In this document: piece by piece, positions 23,024 through 32,000 of the stretch | How positions within the stretch are numbered: the first letter of the stretch is position 1 | Layout: every line of letters starts with the position of its first letter | Source of the DNA: Schaalia meyeri | GTDB lineage: Bacteria > Actinomycetota > Actinomycetes > Actinomycetales > Actinomycetaceae | Reading direction: 5' to 3' | NCBI RefSeq assembly: GCF_900105015.1 | Contig: NZ_FNLK01000015.1 | Location: forward strand, 60,001 to 92,000 | DNA length: 32,000 nt | Translations under genes and position numbers: made by a program | Notes under the pieces: generated by a model | Databases searched by the model: none | Seen by the model: the letters and a program-made list of their open reading frames with translations, nothing else | What the model was told of the DNA's origin: nothing

Positions 23024-25128
23024 GATTCCTCCTCGTGTGGTTGTGTGGGCAGCAGGATCCGCATGGTCGTGGACCCCGGGTGGGTGTCGATCGCGAGGGA
23101 GCCCCCGTGGTCGGCGATGATGGTTCGGACGATGGACATGCCCATGCCCAGCCCGAATCTGACGCGCCCCGCCTTGGTGGTGAAGTGGGGTTCCATGATC
23201 TTGTCGACGATTCCCGGGTCTATACCCGGTCCGTTGTCGCAGATGGTGACGCTCACGCACCCCGGTGCGGGTCGCACGGTGATGCGGATCAGGGCATCGG
23301 CCTCGCCGCGCGCCGGCAGCTCGGGCACGCCGCCCGCGTTCTCCGCTGCCGAGGCCTTGTCGGCGGATTCGTCCTCGATGGCCTCTGCGGCGTTGACGAT
23401 GAGGTTCGTCCACACCTGTTGCAGCTTCGCGGGGTGCGCGTAGACGGGCGGCACGTCCTCGTAGTCGCAGTCGATACGGATGCCCCGCACCCTGTGCGCG
23501 GTCAAGCGCAACACGTCGTCGATGCCGTCGCGCACGTCCACCGGTTTGAGATCCTCAGCATCGGGGCGCGCGTATCCCTTGAGGGACTGCGTCAGCTCAA
23601 TAACGCGATCGGAGGCGGCCAGCACCGAGCGCAGGGAACCTCCCAGGCGCGCCCCGGCCTCGTAGGCGTCGATGCCTCCGGGGGTGCGCGCGAGCGTTCG
23701 TGCCCCTTCGGCCCCCTGCACCCCCGCGCGTACCAGGCGGCGCGCCAGGGTGTGGTCTGCGACGACGGGCAGGAGCTCCCTGATGAGGGCACGCTCGACG
23801 GACGTGGAGCGCGGCGGCACGGTCAGGGCGCGCGCCATGGCCTCCCGGGACGAGGCCGCGGCCGGGGACGCGAGGACCGAGTCGACGTCCTCGTGGAGGT
23901 GTTTCGCGGCGCGCACCAGCGCGGTCACCGGGTTGTTGAGCTCGTGGGCGATCCCCGCGCTGAGTTCGCCAAGCATGGCGAAGCGCGCGCGTTCGACCAG
24001 CTCGGCCCGGGTGGCACGCAGGTCTTCGAGGGTGGCGGCCAGCGCCTGCTTTTGGGCCTCAAGGTCCTCGGCGAGCATAGCGTTCTCCAGGTGCAGGTCC
24101 TCGGCCCGCATGAGGCGGCGGGTCAGGGAGCGGATGGCTAACGCCGTCAGCGTGGCACCGATCGAGGGGTCCTCGGAGATGACGATCTGCAGCTGCTCGG
24201 TCGTGAGGCGCACGAGCGTCGCCTCGCCCGTCGTGGTGCCCGTGAAGAACGCGTTCTCGGCGCGGGCCAGGGACACGAGGCCGATGAGCGGGCCGGAGGA
24301 CGCCAGGTGCGCCAGCACCTCGCCCCTCGCGGAATCACGGTGCAGGGACACTTTTCCGTCGAGCACCAAATACACGGCCCACACGGGTTCCCCCTGCGTC
24401 ACCAGCTGGATTCCCCCCGGGACGACGAGCCGCGGCCGCTGGCCGAGGACCCGCTCGACGCCGGCCAGGAGCTCCATGACCACCTCGTGTTCGTCTCGGT
24501 CCAGGCCCTCTAGGAGCGGCCCCTGCACCGCGAATGGTGGCGGGTCGGCGATGAGGGAGCGGATCTGGCCCTCCGAGTATCCGCATCCGCGCAGGTAACG
24601 CACCATTGTCGAGTACGCCTGGCCGGCCAGCAGCGGCAGCGTCCACGGGGACTTCAGGACCGAGGAGAGGGCACCCGATTGCATGCACCGGGCGAGGTCC
24701 CGGTGCTGCGCGGCGTCCGTGACGACCACCCACTGCATGCCGCGCAGCACCGGGATCGTGGCCGCGCAGTCGATCAGCTCGTCAATATCGGGCACTTCGG
24801 AGGTGACCAGGCCCATGAGCACGTGGTCCTGGGCCCCCAGGCTCGCACCGTAGTCCACCAGGTCGCCGGCGCCGTCCACGCGGTCCAGGCACAGCCCGGG
24901 GAACGCGTCGGCCAGGTCGCGGGTGACCGGCGCCGCTATCGAACGTGAGTCGTCGCCGACGACCAGCAGGTGAATGGGGTATCCCGCGCGGTGCCCGCCG
25001 CTGCGCACGTCGGTGCGGGCGAGCACCGACGCGTCCTCGGCCATGGGGCCCCGCGTCCACCCGCGGGCCAGCCCCGGCCTGGGCTGCGCCTGCGCGCCCG
25101 AGCCGGCCACGGCCGCATCCATGGACAC
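23020..25128 (-). CDS. Soluble hybrid sensor histidine kinase: receiver-like N-domain + cyclic-nucleotide-binding domain + HisKA + HATPase_c
   Basis: The REC-like segment (IHLLVVGDD...LKSPW) is at ~aa 52-160. The cNMP-binding-like barrel (LVTQGEPVWAVYLVLDGKVSL...GPLIGLVSL...ATLVRL) is at ~aa 205-340. H-box FAMLGELSAGIAHELNNP (His395), N-box QVWTNLIVNAAEA, and G-boxes ICDNGPGI and GLGMGMSI. No TM segments. Confidence 0.85.
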   Translation of the reverse strand: MSMDAAVAGSGAQAQPRPGLARGWTRGPMAEDASVLARTDVRSGGHRAGYPIHLLVVGDDSRSIAAPVTRDLADAFPGLCLDRVDGAGDLVDYGASLGAQDHVLMGLVTSEVPDIDELIDCAATIPVLRGMQWVVVTDAAQHRDLARCMQSGALSSVLKSPWTLPLLAGQAYSTMVRYLRGCGYSEGQIRSLIADPPPFAVQGPLLEGLDRDEHEVVMELLAGVERVLGQRPRLVVPGGIQLVTQGEPVWAVYLVLDGKVSLHRDSARGEVLAHLASSGPLIGLVSLARAENAFFTGTTTGEATLVRLTTEQLQIVISEDPSIGATLTALAIRSLTRRLMRAEDLHLENAMLAEDLEAQKQALAATLEDLRATRAELVERARFAMLGELSAGIAHELNNPVTALVRAAKHLHEDVDSVLASPAAASSREAMARALTVPPRSTSVERALIRELLPVVADHTLARRLVRAGVQGAEGARTLARTPGGIDAYEAGARLGGSLRSVLAASDRVIELTQSLKGYARPDAEDLKPVDVRDGIDDVLRLTAHRVRGIRIDCDYEDVPPVYAHPAKLQQVWTNLIVNAAEAIEDESADKASAAENAGGVPELPARGEADALIRITVRPAPGCVSVTICDNGPGIDPGIVDKIMEPHFTTKAGRVRFGLGMGMSIVRTIIADHGGSLAIDTHPGSTTMRILLPTQPHEEES

Positions 25129-25129
25129 G

Positions 25130-26584
25130 TCACATCACCCCGATCGCGCTCCACGTCAGCGGCGCAACGAACGCCAAGAGGATGATGCCGACGACGCCCA
25201 CGACGATGCCGACCACGGCCATTTCGCGGGTCGGGGTGGTGCCGGTCGAGTACGCGATCGCGTTCGGCGGGGTCGATATGGGCAGGCACATGCCCAGGGA
25301 GCAACCCAGCGCGATGACGATGGCGATCTCGGCTGCGCTGGTCGACACCGTCGTCGCCAGGCCCATGCCCATCGGGATGAGGAGGTTCGCCGACGCGGAG
25401 TGCGAGATGACGTTCGAGGTCACCCACCCTACGAGGGCCAGCACGAATATCAGCAAGGCGCCCGGGATCGATGCCCACTGGATCGAACCGAGCATCCACT
25501 TGTCCAACCCGGTGGCGGCCACGCCCGAACCCAGGGCTATTCCGCCCGCGACCAGCCACAGGACGGGCCAGTCCAGGGCGCGCAGGTCGTCTCCGCTCAT
25601 GACCTTCGCCATCAAAAGGATCACGACCGGCAGGAAGCCGACGATGTTGGCGGAAACGTGGTGCAGCGACTCGGTCATCCACAGCAGGATTGTCAGCCCC
25701 GCGACCACGTAGAAGATGACCGCGTTGCGCGACCTTTCAAAGCGCGCAGACGTGTCGATGTCGAAGGTTGCGTCGACGGGAATGTAGCGCCACGCGATGA
25801 ATGCCCACGACAGGGCCAGCAGCACCAGCATGAGCGGCACGGCGGCGAGCATCCACTGCAGGAACGTCACGGCCAGCCCCGCGTTCTCCAGGGCTCCCAA
25901 CGCGATCGCGTTCGGAGGCGTGCCCACCGGGGTTCCGATGCCGCCCACGTTCGCGGCCACCGGGATCGACAGGGCGATGCCCGTGCGCGCCTTCCCCTCG
26001 GGTAGGGCCGTGATAACCGGCATCATGACGGCGAACATCGTCGCCGTCGTCGCGGTGTTGGACATGAACATACTCATGATCGCGGTGATCAGCATGACGC
26101 CCAGGACGGTCAGGCGCGGCTTGCCGATGAAGGGCCTGAGGAGGACCGCCGACAGTGCTCGGTCGAGCTTGTACTTCGCCGCGCCGTCAGCCACCATGAA
26201 GCCGCCCAGGAACAGGATGATCACCGGGTTGGCGAGCGCCCCAAAGAACTTCGTGTAGGTCGGCGCCCCGTCCCCGACGTCAAGCAGCGCGTGGTCGGAG
26301 ATCAGCAGGACCTCCAGGAAGATGACCAGAACCGCCGTGCCCGCCAGGGGCACGGCCTCCGTCACCCACAGCAGGATGGCCGCCAGGAAGATGCCGAACA
26401 TCCGCGTGCCCGCCGCGTCCAGGCCCGGCAGCTGGATGAACAGGCAGATGACGATGGAGGCCACCGCACCCAGGACACCGAAGGTCTTGACCGGGTTCTT
26501 TTTTGAGAAGTCGGACGGCCGCGTGGACATGTTCTGGGCGGAGCGTGGATTGATAGACACCGCGCCCCTGGAGCGTCGAGCCAT
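25130..26584 (-). CDS. DASS/SLC13-family anion (di/tricarboxylate or sulfate) symporter
   Basis: Polytopic, with duplicated hairpin motifs SNTATTAT and GTPVGTPPNAIA / LPISTPPNAIAYS. The stop abuts the kinase start. An alternative start lies at 26530. Confidence 0.85.
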   Translation of the reverse strand: MARRSRGAVSINPRSAQNMSTRPSDFSKKNPVKTFGVLGAVASIVICLFIQLPGLDAAGTRMFGIFLAAILLWVTEAVPLAGTAVLVIFLEVLLISDHALLDVGDGAPTYTKFFGALANPVIILFLGGFMVADGAAKYKLDRALSAVLLRPFIGKPRLTVLGVMLITAIMSMFMSNTATTATMFAVMMPVITALPEGKARTGIALSIPVAANVGGIGTPVGTPPNAIALGALENAGLAVTFLQWMLAAVPLMLVLLALSWAFIAWRYIPVDATFDIDTSARFERSRNAVIFYVVAGLTILLWMTESLHHVSANIVGFLPVVILLMAKVMSGDDLRALDWPVLWLVAGGIALGSGVAATGLDKWMLGSIQWASIPGALLIFVLALVGWVTSNVISHSASANLLIPMGMGLATTVSTSAAEIAIVIALGCSLGMCLPISTPPNAIAYSTGTTPTREMAVVGIVVGVVGIILLAFVAPLTWSAIGVM

Positions 26585-26625
26585 TATGGGAAGACCTCAT
26601 CGTCTCGCGTGGATACTATCCGATC

Positions 26626-26654
26626 AGTGTATGCCAGCACACACAAAATGTGAA
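26626..26654 (-). promoter_or_regulatory. Candidate promoter of the transporter-kinase-REC operon
   Basis: On the minus strand: TTCACA (26654-26649), 17-nt spacer, TACACT (26631-26626). The GGATAGTATCC palindrome follows immediately. Confidence 0.35.
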
Positions 26655-26762
26655 ACCGGGGCGGGGCGGGCGCGCCCCGTCTGGACGCTCGCTCCTTTAC
26701 TCGGCCTCTTCCCCGTCGATCGCGTCGCCCCAGGCCACGGCACCCGGGCGCATGCGCCGGGT

Positions 26763-26797
26763 AAAACGAAACCGCAGATCCCGTGGGACCTGCGGTT
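26763..26797 (-). terminator. Intrinsic terminator downstream of tRNA-Leu
   Basis: AACCGCAG / CTGCGGTT stem (26770-26777 and 26790-26797) with inner GGGA/TCCC pairs, followed on the minus strand by TTCGTTTTA. Confidence 0.6.
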
Positions 26798-26802
26798 AAT
26801 CG

Positions 26803-26886
26803 TGCGCGAGGGGGGAGTTGAACCCCCACTCCATCACTGGAACACGGACCTGAACCGTGCGCGTCTGCCTATTCCGCCACTCGCGC
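26803..26886 (-). tRNA. tRNA-Leu (anticodon CAG)
   Basis: Cloverleaf read by hand on the minus strand. Acceptor GCGCGAG/CTCGCGC; anticodon stem CACGG/CCGTG with loop TTCAGGT; long variable arm TTCCAGTGATGGAGT; T arm GGGGG-TTCAACT-CCCCC; discriminator A. CCA is not encoded. Confidence 0.9.
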
Positions 26887-27040
26887 GTACCCAGAAAGAA
26901 TAGGGGCATCCCACCCCCCGCGTCAAATCAGCGCCGCATGACCCAGGGCACAGCGCACCCCGCAGCCCCGGCGTCCCCTCGTCCCACAGTCCAGCAATAC
27001 CACCGCCCCGGGCGGATGCTGGTCGGCGTACCCCGGCAGG

Positions 27041-27907
27041 CTACCGCAACAGCCTGCACGCAACGACCCCGGCGACTCCCAGCAGGGTCACGGCGATAAT
27101 GCACGCGTCAACCCACCCGAGGCGCATTTTTTCGCCACCGCCGCGCCCGCACGATTCCGCGGCCGCGATAGACCCGCGCATGGACATGGCGCGCCCCGTC
27201 TCGGCCGCTCCCCGCGAGGCGGCCGACAGGATCGCGGTGATGACGTCGACGCCCAGGCGAGCGTAGCCACCCACGGACAGGGTTGCCATGTCCGTGCCCA
27301 GCCGCAGCTTGGCGGTATCCAGCACGGCCTGCGCTTGATCGCGCAGCATGGGCAGACCTCGCAGGGCAGAGGCCATGACCAGCGCCCACTGGTTGACAGG
27401 CGCTCCCACCAGGCGCAGGGGCGCAAGAAAGGAGCGCAGCGCACCCGCGAGGGCGGCCGTGGGGGTCACCCACGCGATCAGGGACGATCCCCACAGGACG
27501 ATGACGGCCAGCGTGGTAGCGCGCAGGAACAGCTCAAGTCCGTCCCCCAGCCACGCCCCGATGCATCCGCCGACTACCCCGGACATCATCCACACGGGCG
27601 GGCGGGGGGCGACGCTGCGCGGCAGGCGGATGATCGCGGAGGCGACGGCCAGGAGGGAGCCGACGATCGCGAGCGTCGACCATCGTGGCAGCAGTATCAC
27701 GCACGTGGTGAGCAGGGTCCAGCAGGCGATGAGGGTGCCGGGCCACGCGCGCGATAGGGGCGTCGCCCACGGCAGGGGACGAGGCAGCGTGAAGCCCGCG
27801 CTCCTGCGCGGCCTTGGCCGCGGCGGGGTTTCACCGGGGCCGGTTGGGGTGGCAAAGAACCTGTCCCCGGTGGCGCCGTCTCCGGGTGCGCTGTGGGGGT
27901 CGGTCAC
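27041..27907 (-). CDS. ECF-transporter T component (EcfT/CbiQ family) membrane protein
   Basis: Multi-TM protein directly downstream of the duplicated ATPase. GTGA overlap places the start at GTG 27907 (track start 27946). Family is assigned from context and hydrophobicity pattern. Confidence 0.7.
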   Translation of the reverse strand: MTDPHSAPGDGATGDRFFATPTGPGETPPRPRPRRSAGFTLPRPLPWATPLSRAWPGTLIACWTLLTTCVILLPRWSTLAIVGSLLAVASAIIRLPRSVAPRPPVWMMSGVVGGCIGAWLGDGLELFLRATTLAVIVLWGSSLIAWVTPTAALAGALRSFLAPLRLVGAPVNQWALVMASALRGLPMLRDQAQAVLDTAKLRLGTDMATLSVGGYARLGVDVITAILSAASRGAAETGRAMSMRGSIAAAESCGRGGGEKMRLGWVDACIIAVTLLGVAGVVACRLLR

Positions 27908-30090
27908 GAGAGCACCCCCTGGGACAGGTGTTGGTGGGTGTCGCACAGGGTGTCCATCCCCTCCAGATCGTGGGAGATGACCAGGATGGACAGTCCGGCG
28001 CGTCGGCGCTGGTCAAGGACGGAGATGAGCAGGTCACGTGATTCCGTGTCCAGGCCGGCCATGGGTTCGTCGAGGATGAGGACCCGCGGGTGCGCGGCGA
28101 GCAGCCCCGCCAGGGCGACGCGCCGCATCTGACCGCCGGAGAGGTCGTCGATGCCGCGCGAGGCCAGGGCCGGGTCCAGCCCGACCAGTTTCATCGCCTC
28201 GGCGACCAGGTGATCGCCTTCCCACCGGGGCAGGGCGTCCTTGCGGCGCGCGGATGTCGCGCCGATTCGGGGGCCGTGTCCGGCGGCGGCCAGGATATCG
28301 GAGCGCACGGAGGGGCGCTGGAGCTGGAGACGCGCGAATTGCATGGAAAGGGCGACGTCGCCGACCCTGCGTTCCATGGGGTTGCCTCCGAGGGTCACGT
28401 TTCCCCAGGTGGGGGTCAGCAGTCCGGTGAGGATACGCGAGAGCGTGGTCTTGCCGGATCCGTTGTCGCCGGTGATGAGCATGGCCTGGCCCGGATCCAG
28501 GATGAGGGTCACGTCGTGCAGGACTGGCCGCTCCCAGGGGGTCCCGAGGTCATAGGTGTGGGCAACGCGGTCGGCCCACAGGTGTTCCGTGTTGATGAAC
28601 GACGGCCCTCTCCCCCAGGGCTCCGCGCGCGCCCAGGCGCCCTCGCTCCCCCAGGCGCCGCCGCGCGCCCGGTCGGTGGATGGGTTGTTGGGGGGCACAC
28701 GAGGTTCCGTGTCGCCGTTGGGCCGGGTGGCCTTGTATCCGGCAGCGGACAGGTCGGCCCCGCCCCGGATGTCCGAGAGGATGCGACCGCCGTCGATCGT
28801 GATGACGCGGTCTGCGCGGTCGGCCTCGGCGGGGTCGTGGGTGATGTGGACGACGGCGATTCCCCACTGGGGCAGAGAGGCGAGCAGGTGGAGCATCTCG
28901 GCGCGCCCGGCACGGTCGATCATGGCGGTGGATTCGTCGGAGATGAGCAGGCGGGGCGAGCGGGCGAGGGCTCCCGCGAGCGCCAGTCGTTGGAGCTGCC
29001 CGCCGGAGAGGGAGCGCGGGTTGGCGTCGGCCAGGGTGGACAGCCCGACGCGTCCGAGAAGCTCATCCAGGTCGAGGTCCTGCACCTGCTGGGCGCTCAT
29101 ACCCCAGGTGATGTCTTCGGCCACGCTTTGTCCGAGGACCAGCAGTTCGGAGCGTTGGCCGACCAGCGCCGTCCCGCCGACCGCCCCGAGGACGCCGCCC
29201 CCTGTGCGCGTGCCCTCGTCGGGTTCGGCTCCGGCCAGGAGCAGCGCGAGGGTCGATTTGCCCGATCCGTTGTGCCCGACGATGACGGTGTATTCGGGGC
29301 GCTCGAAGCTCACGGTGATGCCGCTCAGGGCCCGGTGATCGACCCCCGGGTAGGTGAAGCTGACGTCGGTCAGGGTCAGGGGCAGCGGCGGCCGGGCGGG
29401 GGTATCGGGATCGGCGTCGCTCCCGCGCGTGGGGGTGTTGACCAGGGGATCCCACCCGGCGTCGAGGGAGATGCGACGCAGGATCGCCACCAGGAGCCAT
29501 CGGGCGGACAGGACCAGGAAGGCAACGCCGACGAGGCGGGTGATGGGAATCCAGACCCACCAGGCGTCGACGATCCACTGGCCCAGTGTGTGCCCGGCGT
29601 CGACGACGCCCCCGGAGCCCGGGATGTGTTCGATGAGGCGCAGGAATCCATTCAGCATCTTTTGGATGCTTTCGAGGCCGAGGGCGCGCAGGTCGGAGAG
29701 AAACCAGAAGGCCACGTCTGTCCCGATGCCCCAGATGGCGCCGAGGCCAACGGCGACCGCGCCGACGCTCAGCCACGACGCGCGTTTCCCGTGCAGAAAG
29801 CCGATGATGAGGCCGACCAGGGCCGCCTGGAAGGATCGTCCCGCCGTGGCGATGCCTCCGACGGCGATGGCCAGGAGGACCGTGGACGCGAAGGTGGCCA
29901 CCGATGCCCGGGGGCGCAGCTTGAGCGCGACCATGGCGAGGGGGACGGCCGTGGCGACCTGGAAGAGCAGCTGAAAAACGGGGGTCACGGCGGCGATGAG
30001 GCCGAAAGTGACGGCCAGACCCGACAACGCACCGGCGGTCGCCACCTCGACGGGGGTGAGGAGGCGGGTGTCGCGCGCGGTGGAACTCAT
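27904..30090 (-). CDS. Fusion protein: N-terminal ~250-aa polytopic membrane domain + two tandem ABC ATPase domains (EcfA1/EcfA2-like)
   Basis: ATG 30090 (MSSTARDTRLL...). There are 5-6 TM helices. NBD1: GHNGSGKST, LSGGQLQRLALAGAL, LLISDESTAMID. NBD2: GDNGSGKTT, LSGGQMRRVALAGLL, VLILDEPMAGLD. Confidence 0.85.
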   Translation of the reverse strand: MSSTARDTRLLTPVEVATAGALSGLAVTFGLIAAVTPVFQLLFQVATAVPLAMVALKLRPRASVATFASTVLLAIAVGGIATAGRSFQAALVGLIIGFLHGKRASWLSVGAVAVGLGAIWGIGTDVAFWFLSDLRALGLESIQKMLNGFLRLIEHIPGSGGVVDAGHTLGQWIVDAWWVWIPITRLVGVAFLVLSARWLLVAILRRISLDAGWDPLVNTPTRGSDADPDTPARPPLPLTLTDVSFTYPGVDHRALSGITVSFERPEYTVIVGHNGSGKSTLALLLAGAEPDEGTRTGGGVLGAVGGTALVGQRSELLVLGQSVAEDITWGMSAQQVQDLDLDELLGRVGLSTLADANPRSLSGGQLQRLALAGALARSPRLLISDESTAMIDRAGRAEMLHLLASLPQWGIAVVHITHDPAEADRADRVITIDGGRILSDIRGGADLSAAGYKATRPNGDTEPRVPPNNPSTDRARGGAWGSEGAWARAEPWGRGPSFINTEHLWADRVAHTYDLGTPWERPVLHDVTLILDPGQAMLITGDNGSGKTTLSRILTGLLTPTWGNVTLGGNPMERRVGDVALSMQFARLQLQRPSVRSDILAAAGHGPRIGATSARRKDALPRWEGDHLVAEAMKLVGLDPALASRGIDDLSGGQMRRVALAGLLAAHPRVLILDEPMAGLDTESRDLLISVLDQRRRAGLSILVISHDLEGMDTLCDTHQHLSQGVLS

Positions 30091-30254
30091 GCCCCTAGTG
30101 TCCCAGGCACCGCCCTGATCTGCGAGCGCCGGGCCCCACCGCCCGCATTGCATCTCGCGTGTGACCCGGGGAGTGGTGCCCCGTGGACCGGGGATCACCC
30201 CATTCCATTACCATTGCCCAGGCCACCGAAGAAGCTGGGGAACTCACGGGACTT

Positions 30255-31187
30255 CTACGCCCTGTTGAGTTCACCGAAGGGGATGTGGACGCTGGGCGTT
30301 GAATCCGAGGCCGTGTCCACGTGGCGGCGCTGGTCGTCAAAGAAGATATGCGGCTGCAGGACACCCAGGATGGGTCCCTTGTTGATTCCTCCCAGGAAGA
30401 ACGCGTCGTTGACGCGCAGCCCCCACCCACGGATCGAGTTAATCGCGCGCTCGTGGGCGGGCGCACTGCGCGCCGTCACGACGGCGACGCGGACCCTGCG
30501 TTCGTAGCCTTCCGGATCGGCGTCGTGCTTGGCGTCCTCAATCCGTTGGATGTGGTTGATCTTTTCCAGGAAGGCCGCCAGCGGGCCCCTGGGGAGGGGC
30601 ACGTCGGCCAGGGCGCTTTCGTTCTCCTGGTACGCCTCCAACGTTCCCTCCTGATAGATCCTCTCGGAGGAGTCGTCGGCCAGAACGCCGTCGAAGTCGA
30701 AGGCGATGCGCAGGTCGGTGCCCCCGTCGTCCGCCACCGCGCGCCCCACGACGCGGCCAGCCGCGAAACCCAGCCCGATCGCCTCGCGCACGTCAGTCTC
30801 GTTGGCCGACAGGAACAGGGACATGCGCAGCGGTTCCATGAAACGGTAGGGAGAGCGGCCCTGCATGAAGATCGCGCGCGTGATGTCCAACCCGTGGTGC
30901 TTAACCGAGCGCATGACGCGCAGCCCCGTCTCCGGGTCGTTGCGCGACAGGATGACCACCTCGACCAGGCGCTCGTCCTCGGAGAGGTCGTTGAGGGTCA
31001 GGAGGCGGCGGATGAAGGGGAAGGCCACCCCCGGTGCCAGTGCGTTGTCAAGGTGGTCGCGCTGGTACTCGCGGTACTTCTGCTCGCCATCCTGGCGGAA
31101 CACCGCGTCCGAAGACCTCAAGTCGAAGAGCGCGCTGGAGGCGACCCCGATGACGAGGGCACGCTCCAGATCCAGTTTCCCGGGCAT
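30255..31187 (-). CDS. 5'-nucleotidase family protein (PF06189-like, HAD-related)
   Basis: LVIGVASSALFDL, RIAFDFDGVLADDSSE, VAVVTARSAPAHER, and IFFDDQ. ATG 31187 is preceded by GGAAGGAAGGA. Confidence 0.75.
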   Translation of the reverse strand: MPGKLDLERALVIGVASSALFDLRSSDAVFRQDGEQKYREYQRDHLDNALAPGVAFPFIRRLLTLNDLSEDERLVEVVILSRNDPETGLRVMRSVKHHGLDITRAIFMQGRSPYRFMEPLRMSLFLSANETDVREAIGLGFAAGRVVGRAVADDGGTDLRIAFDFDGVLADDSSERIYQEGTLEAYQENESALADVPLPRGPLAAFLEKINHIQRIEDAKHDADPEGYERRVRVAVVTARSAPAHERAINSIRGWGLRVNDAFFLGGINKGPILGVLQPHIFFDDQRRHVDTASDSTPSVHIPFGELNRA

Positions 31188-31395
31188 TGCGTCCTTCCTT
31201 CCGCTCACTTTGACCCACTTCCCTGTGGGCAAGGGTATAGGCGCCCATGCTCACCTGCGTCCCAGGATCCGCGCCGCCCGGTGTCCCTGATCCGAGGCCG
31301 CCGACGCGCACGTTAACCCGTAAGGACGCGCATGCGCGCAAGCTCGACGCGCCCTCATCGCACTGTCGCGGCGGCCACAGATTGTCCAGCCGGAT

Positions 31396-32000
31396 TTAAG
31401 ACCGACCAGGGGTTGTGTCAGCTCGGTGCCATGCGACTGCGATCTGCACCCGGTCACGCAGGCCCGTTTTAGTCAGGATCCTGCTCACATACCTGCGCAC
31501 GCTCGTGACCTCGATGACGAGTTTCCCTGCGATCTCAGCATTCGATAGCCCATCAGCAACCAAAGCGGCCACTTGGCGTTCCCTGGGCGTCAGTGCCCCA
31601 AACACCTCACTCGATCCCGTTCCACCGACTCCGCCAAAGGTCGGAGATGCCGCCGCGCGACGGATCAGTTCGCCTGTTAGGCGAGGAGTGAGCACGGCAT
31701 CACCGCGGGCAACCGCATGGACCGCATCGCACAGCTGTCGGGCGGTGGCGTCCTTGAGGAGAAAACCCGACGCTCCCGCAGCCAGGGCGCCGAACGCGTA
31801 ATCATCCTGGTCGTACGTCGTCAAGACAAGCACCCGGATCTGCGGGTAGCGTGCAGTCACCAGGCGCGTCGCGTCTATCCCGTCCAGCCTCGGCATACGC
31901 ACATCCATCAAAACCACATCAGGCATTTCCTGGCCGCGCAGCGAGAGACTATCGAGCTTCTCCAAGCCCTCGCATCCGTCCTGAGCCTCAGCCACCAATT
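31396..32000 (-). CDS. NarL/FixJ (LuxR-type) response regulator, partial (N-terminus beyond the window)
   Basis: REC: PDVVLMDVRMPRLDGI, VLVLTTYD, GASGFLLKD. HTH: LTPRERQVAALVADGLSNAEIAGKLVIEVTSVRRYVSRILTKTG. The frame is open to base 32000. Confidence 0.9.
   Translation of the reverse strand, partial: LVAEAQDGCEGLEKLDSLSLRGQEMPDVVLMDVRMPRLDGIDATRLVTARYPQIRVLVLTTYDQDDYAFGALAAGASGFLLKDATARQLCDAVHAVARGDAVLTPRLTGELIRRAAASPTFGGVGGTGSSEVFGALTPRERQVAALVADGLSNAEIAGKLVIEVTSVRRYVSRILTKTGLRDRVQIAVAWHRADTTPGRS

Noticed and set aside
26803-26886. tRNA-Leu as an integration hotspot with an adjacent island.
   Set aside because: I found no duplicated tRNA 3' fragment, integrase or compositional shift on either side. 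The neighbours are ordinary transporter genes.

Overview
High-GC (about two-thirds G+C by eye) actinobacterial chromosome, most likely Actinomycetaceae-like; the species cannot be determined from the sequence alone. Bases 1-6000 are the conserved origin-proximal cell-division cluster: pknB 3' end with four PASTA repeats, a small membrane ORF, class E sortase, DUF881, crgA, DUF364, rhomboid and ppiA. After that come: a secreted or membrane-associated three-gene cluster ending in an S8 protease; a HAD hydrolase flanked by paralogous small membrane proteins; an FtsX/ABC pair; a PASTA-Excalibur lipoprotein; a DUF1778/GNAT toxin-antitoxin pair; a hydrolase and a nitroreductase; a DASS transporter, cNMP-binding histidine kinase and REC operon; tRNA-Leu(CAG); a fused ECF-type ABC module; a 5'-nucleotidase; and a partial LuxR-type regulator. 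Three compositionally deviant, repeat-bounded patches stand out. (1) The strongest candidate is a ~1.9-kb low-GC insertion at 20495-22379. It carries only a translationally coupled ABC/OLD-type ATPase (383 aa) and a small TOPRIM-like protein (207 aa; DUF4276/DUF4435-like, PARIS/AbiL-like logic). It sits between two convergent core genes, is bracketed by a perfect 229-bp direct duplication, and has no recombinase. (2) The TA cassette is bracketed by two copies of a 32-bp hairpin. (3) An AT-rich ~140-bp array of eight TGGATAGG motifs in exact 19-bp register (4 direct + 4 inverted) lies downstream of pknB. Many long ORFs in the supplied track are antisense or shadow frames typical of high-GC DNA and were not called. 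All family assignments come from reading motifs by eye; no database search was run.
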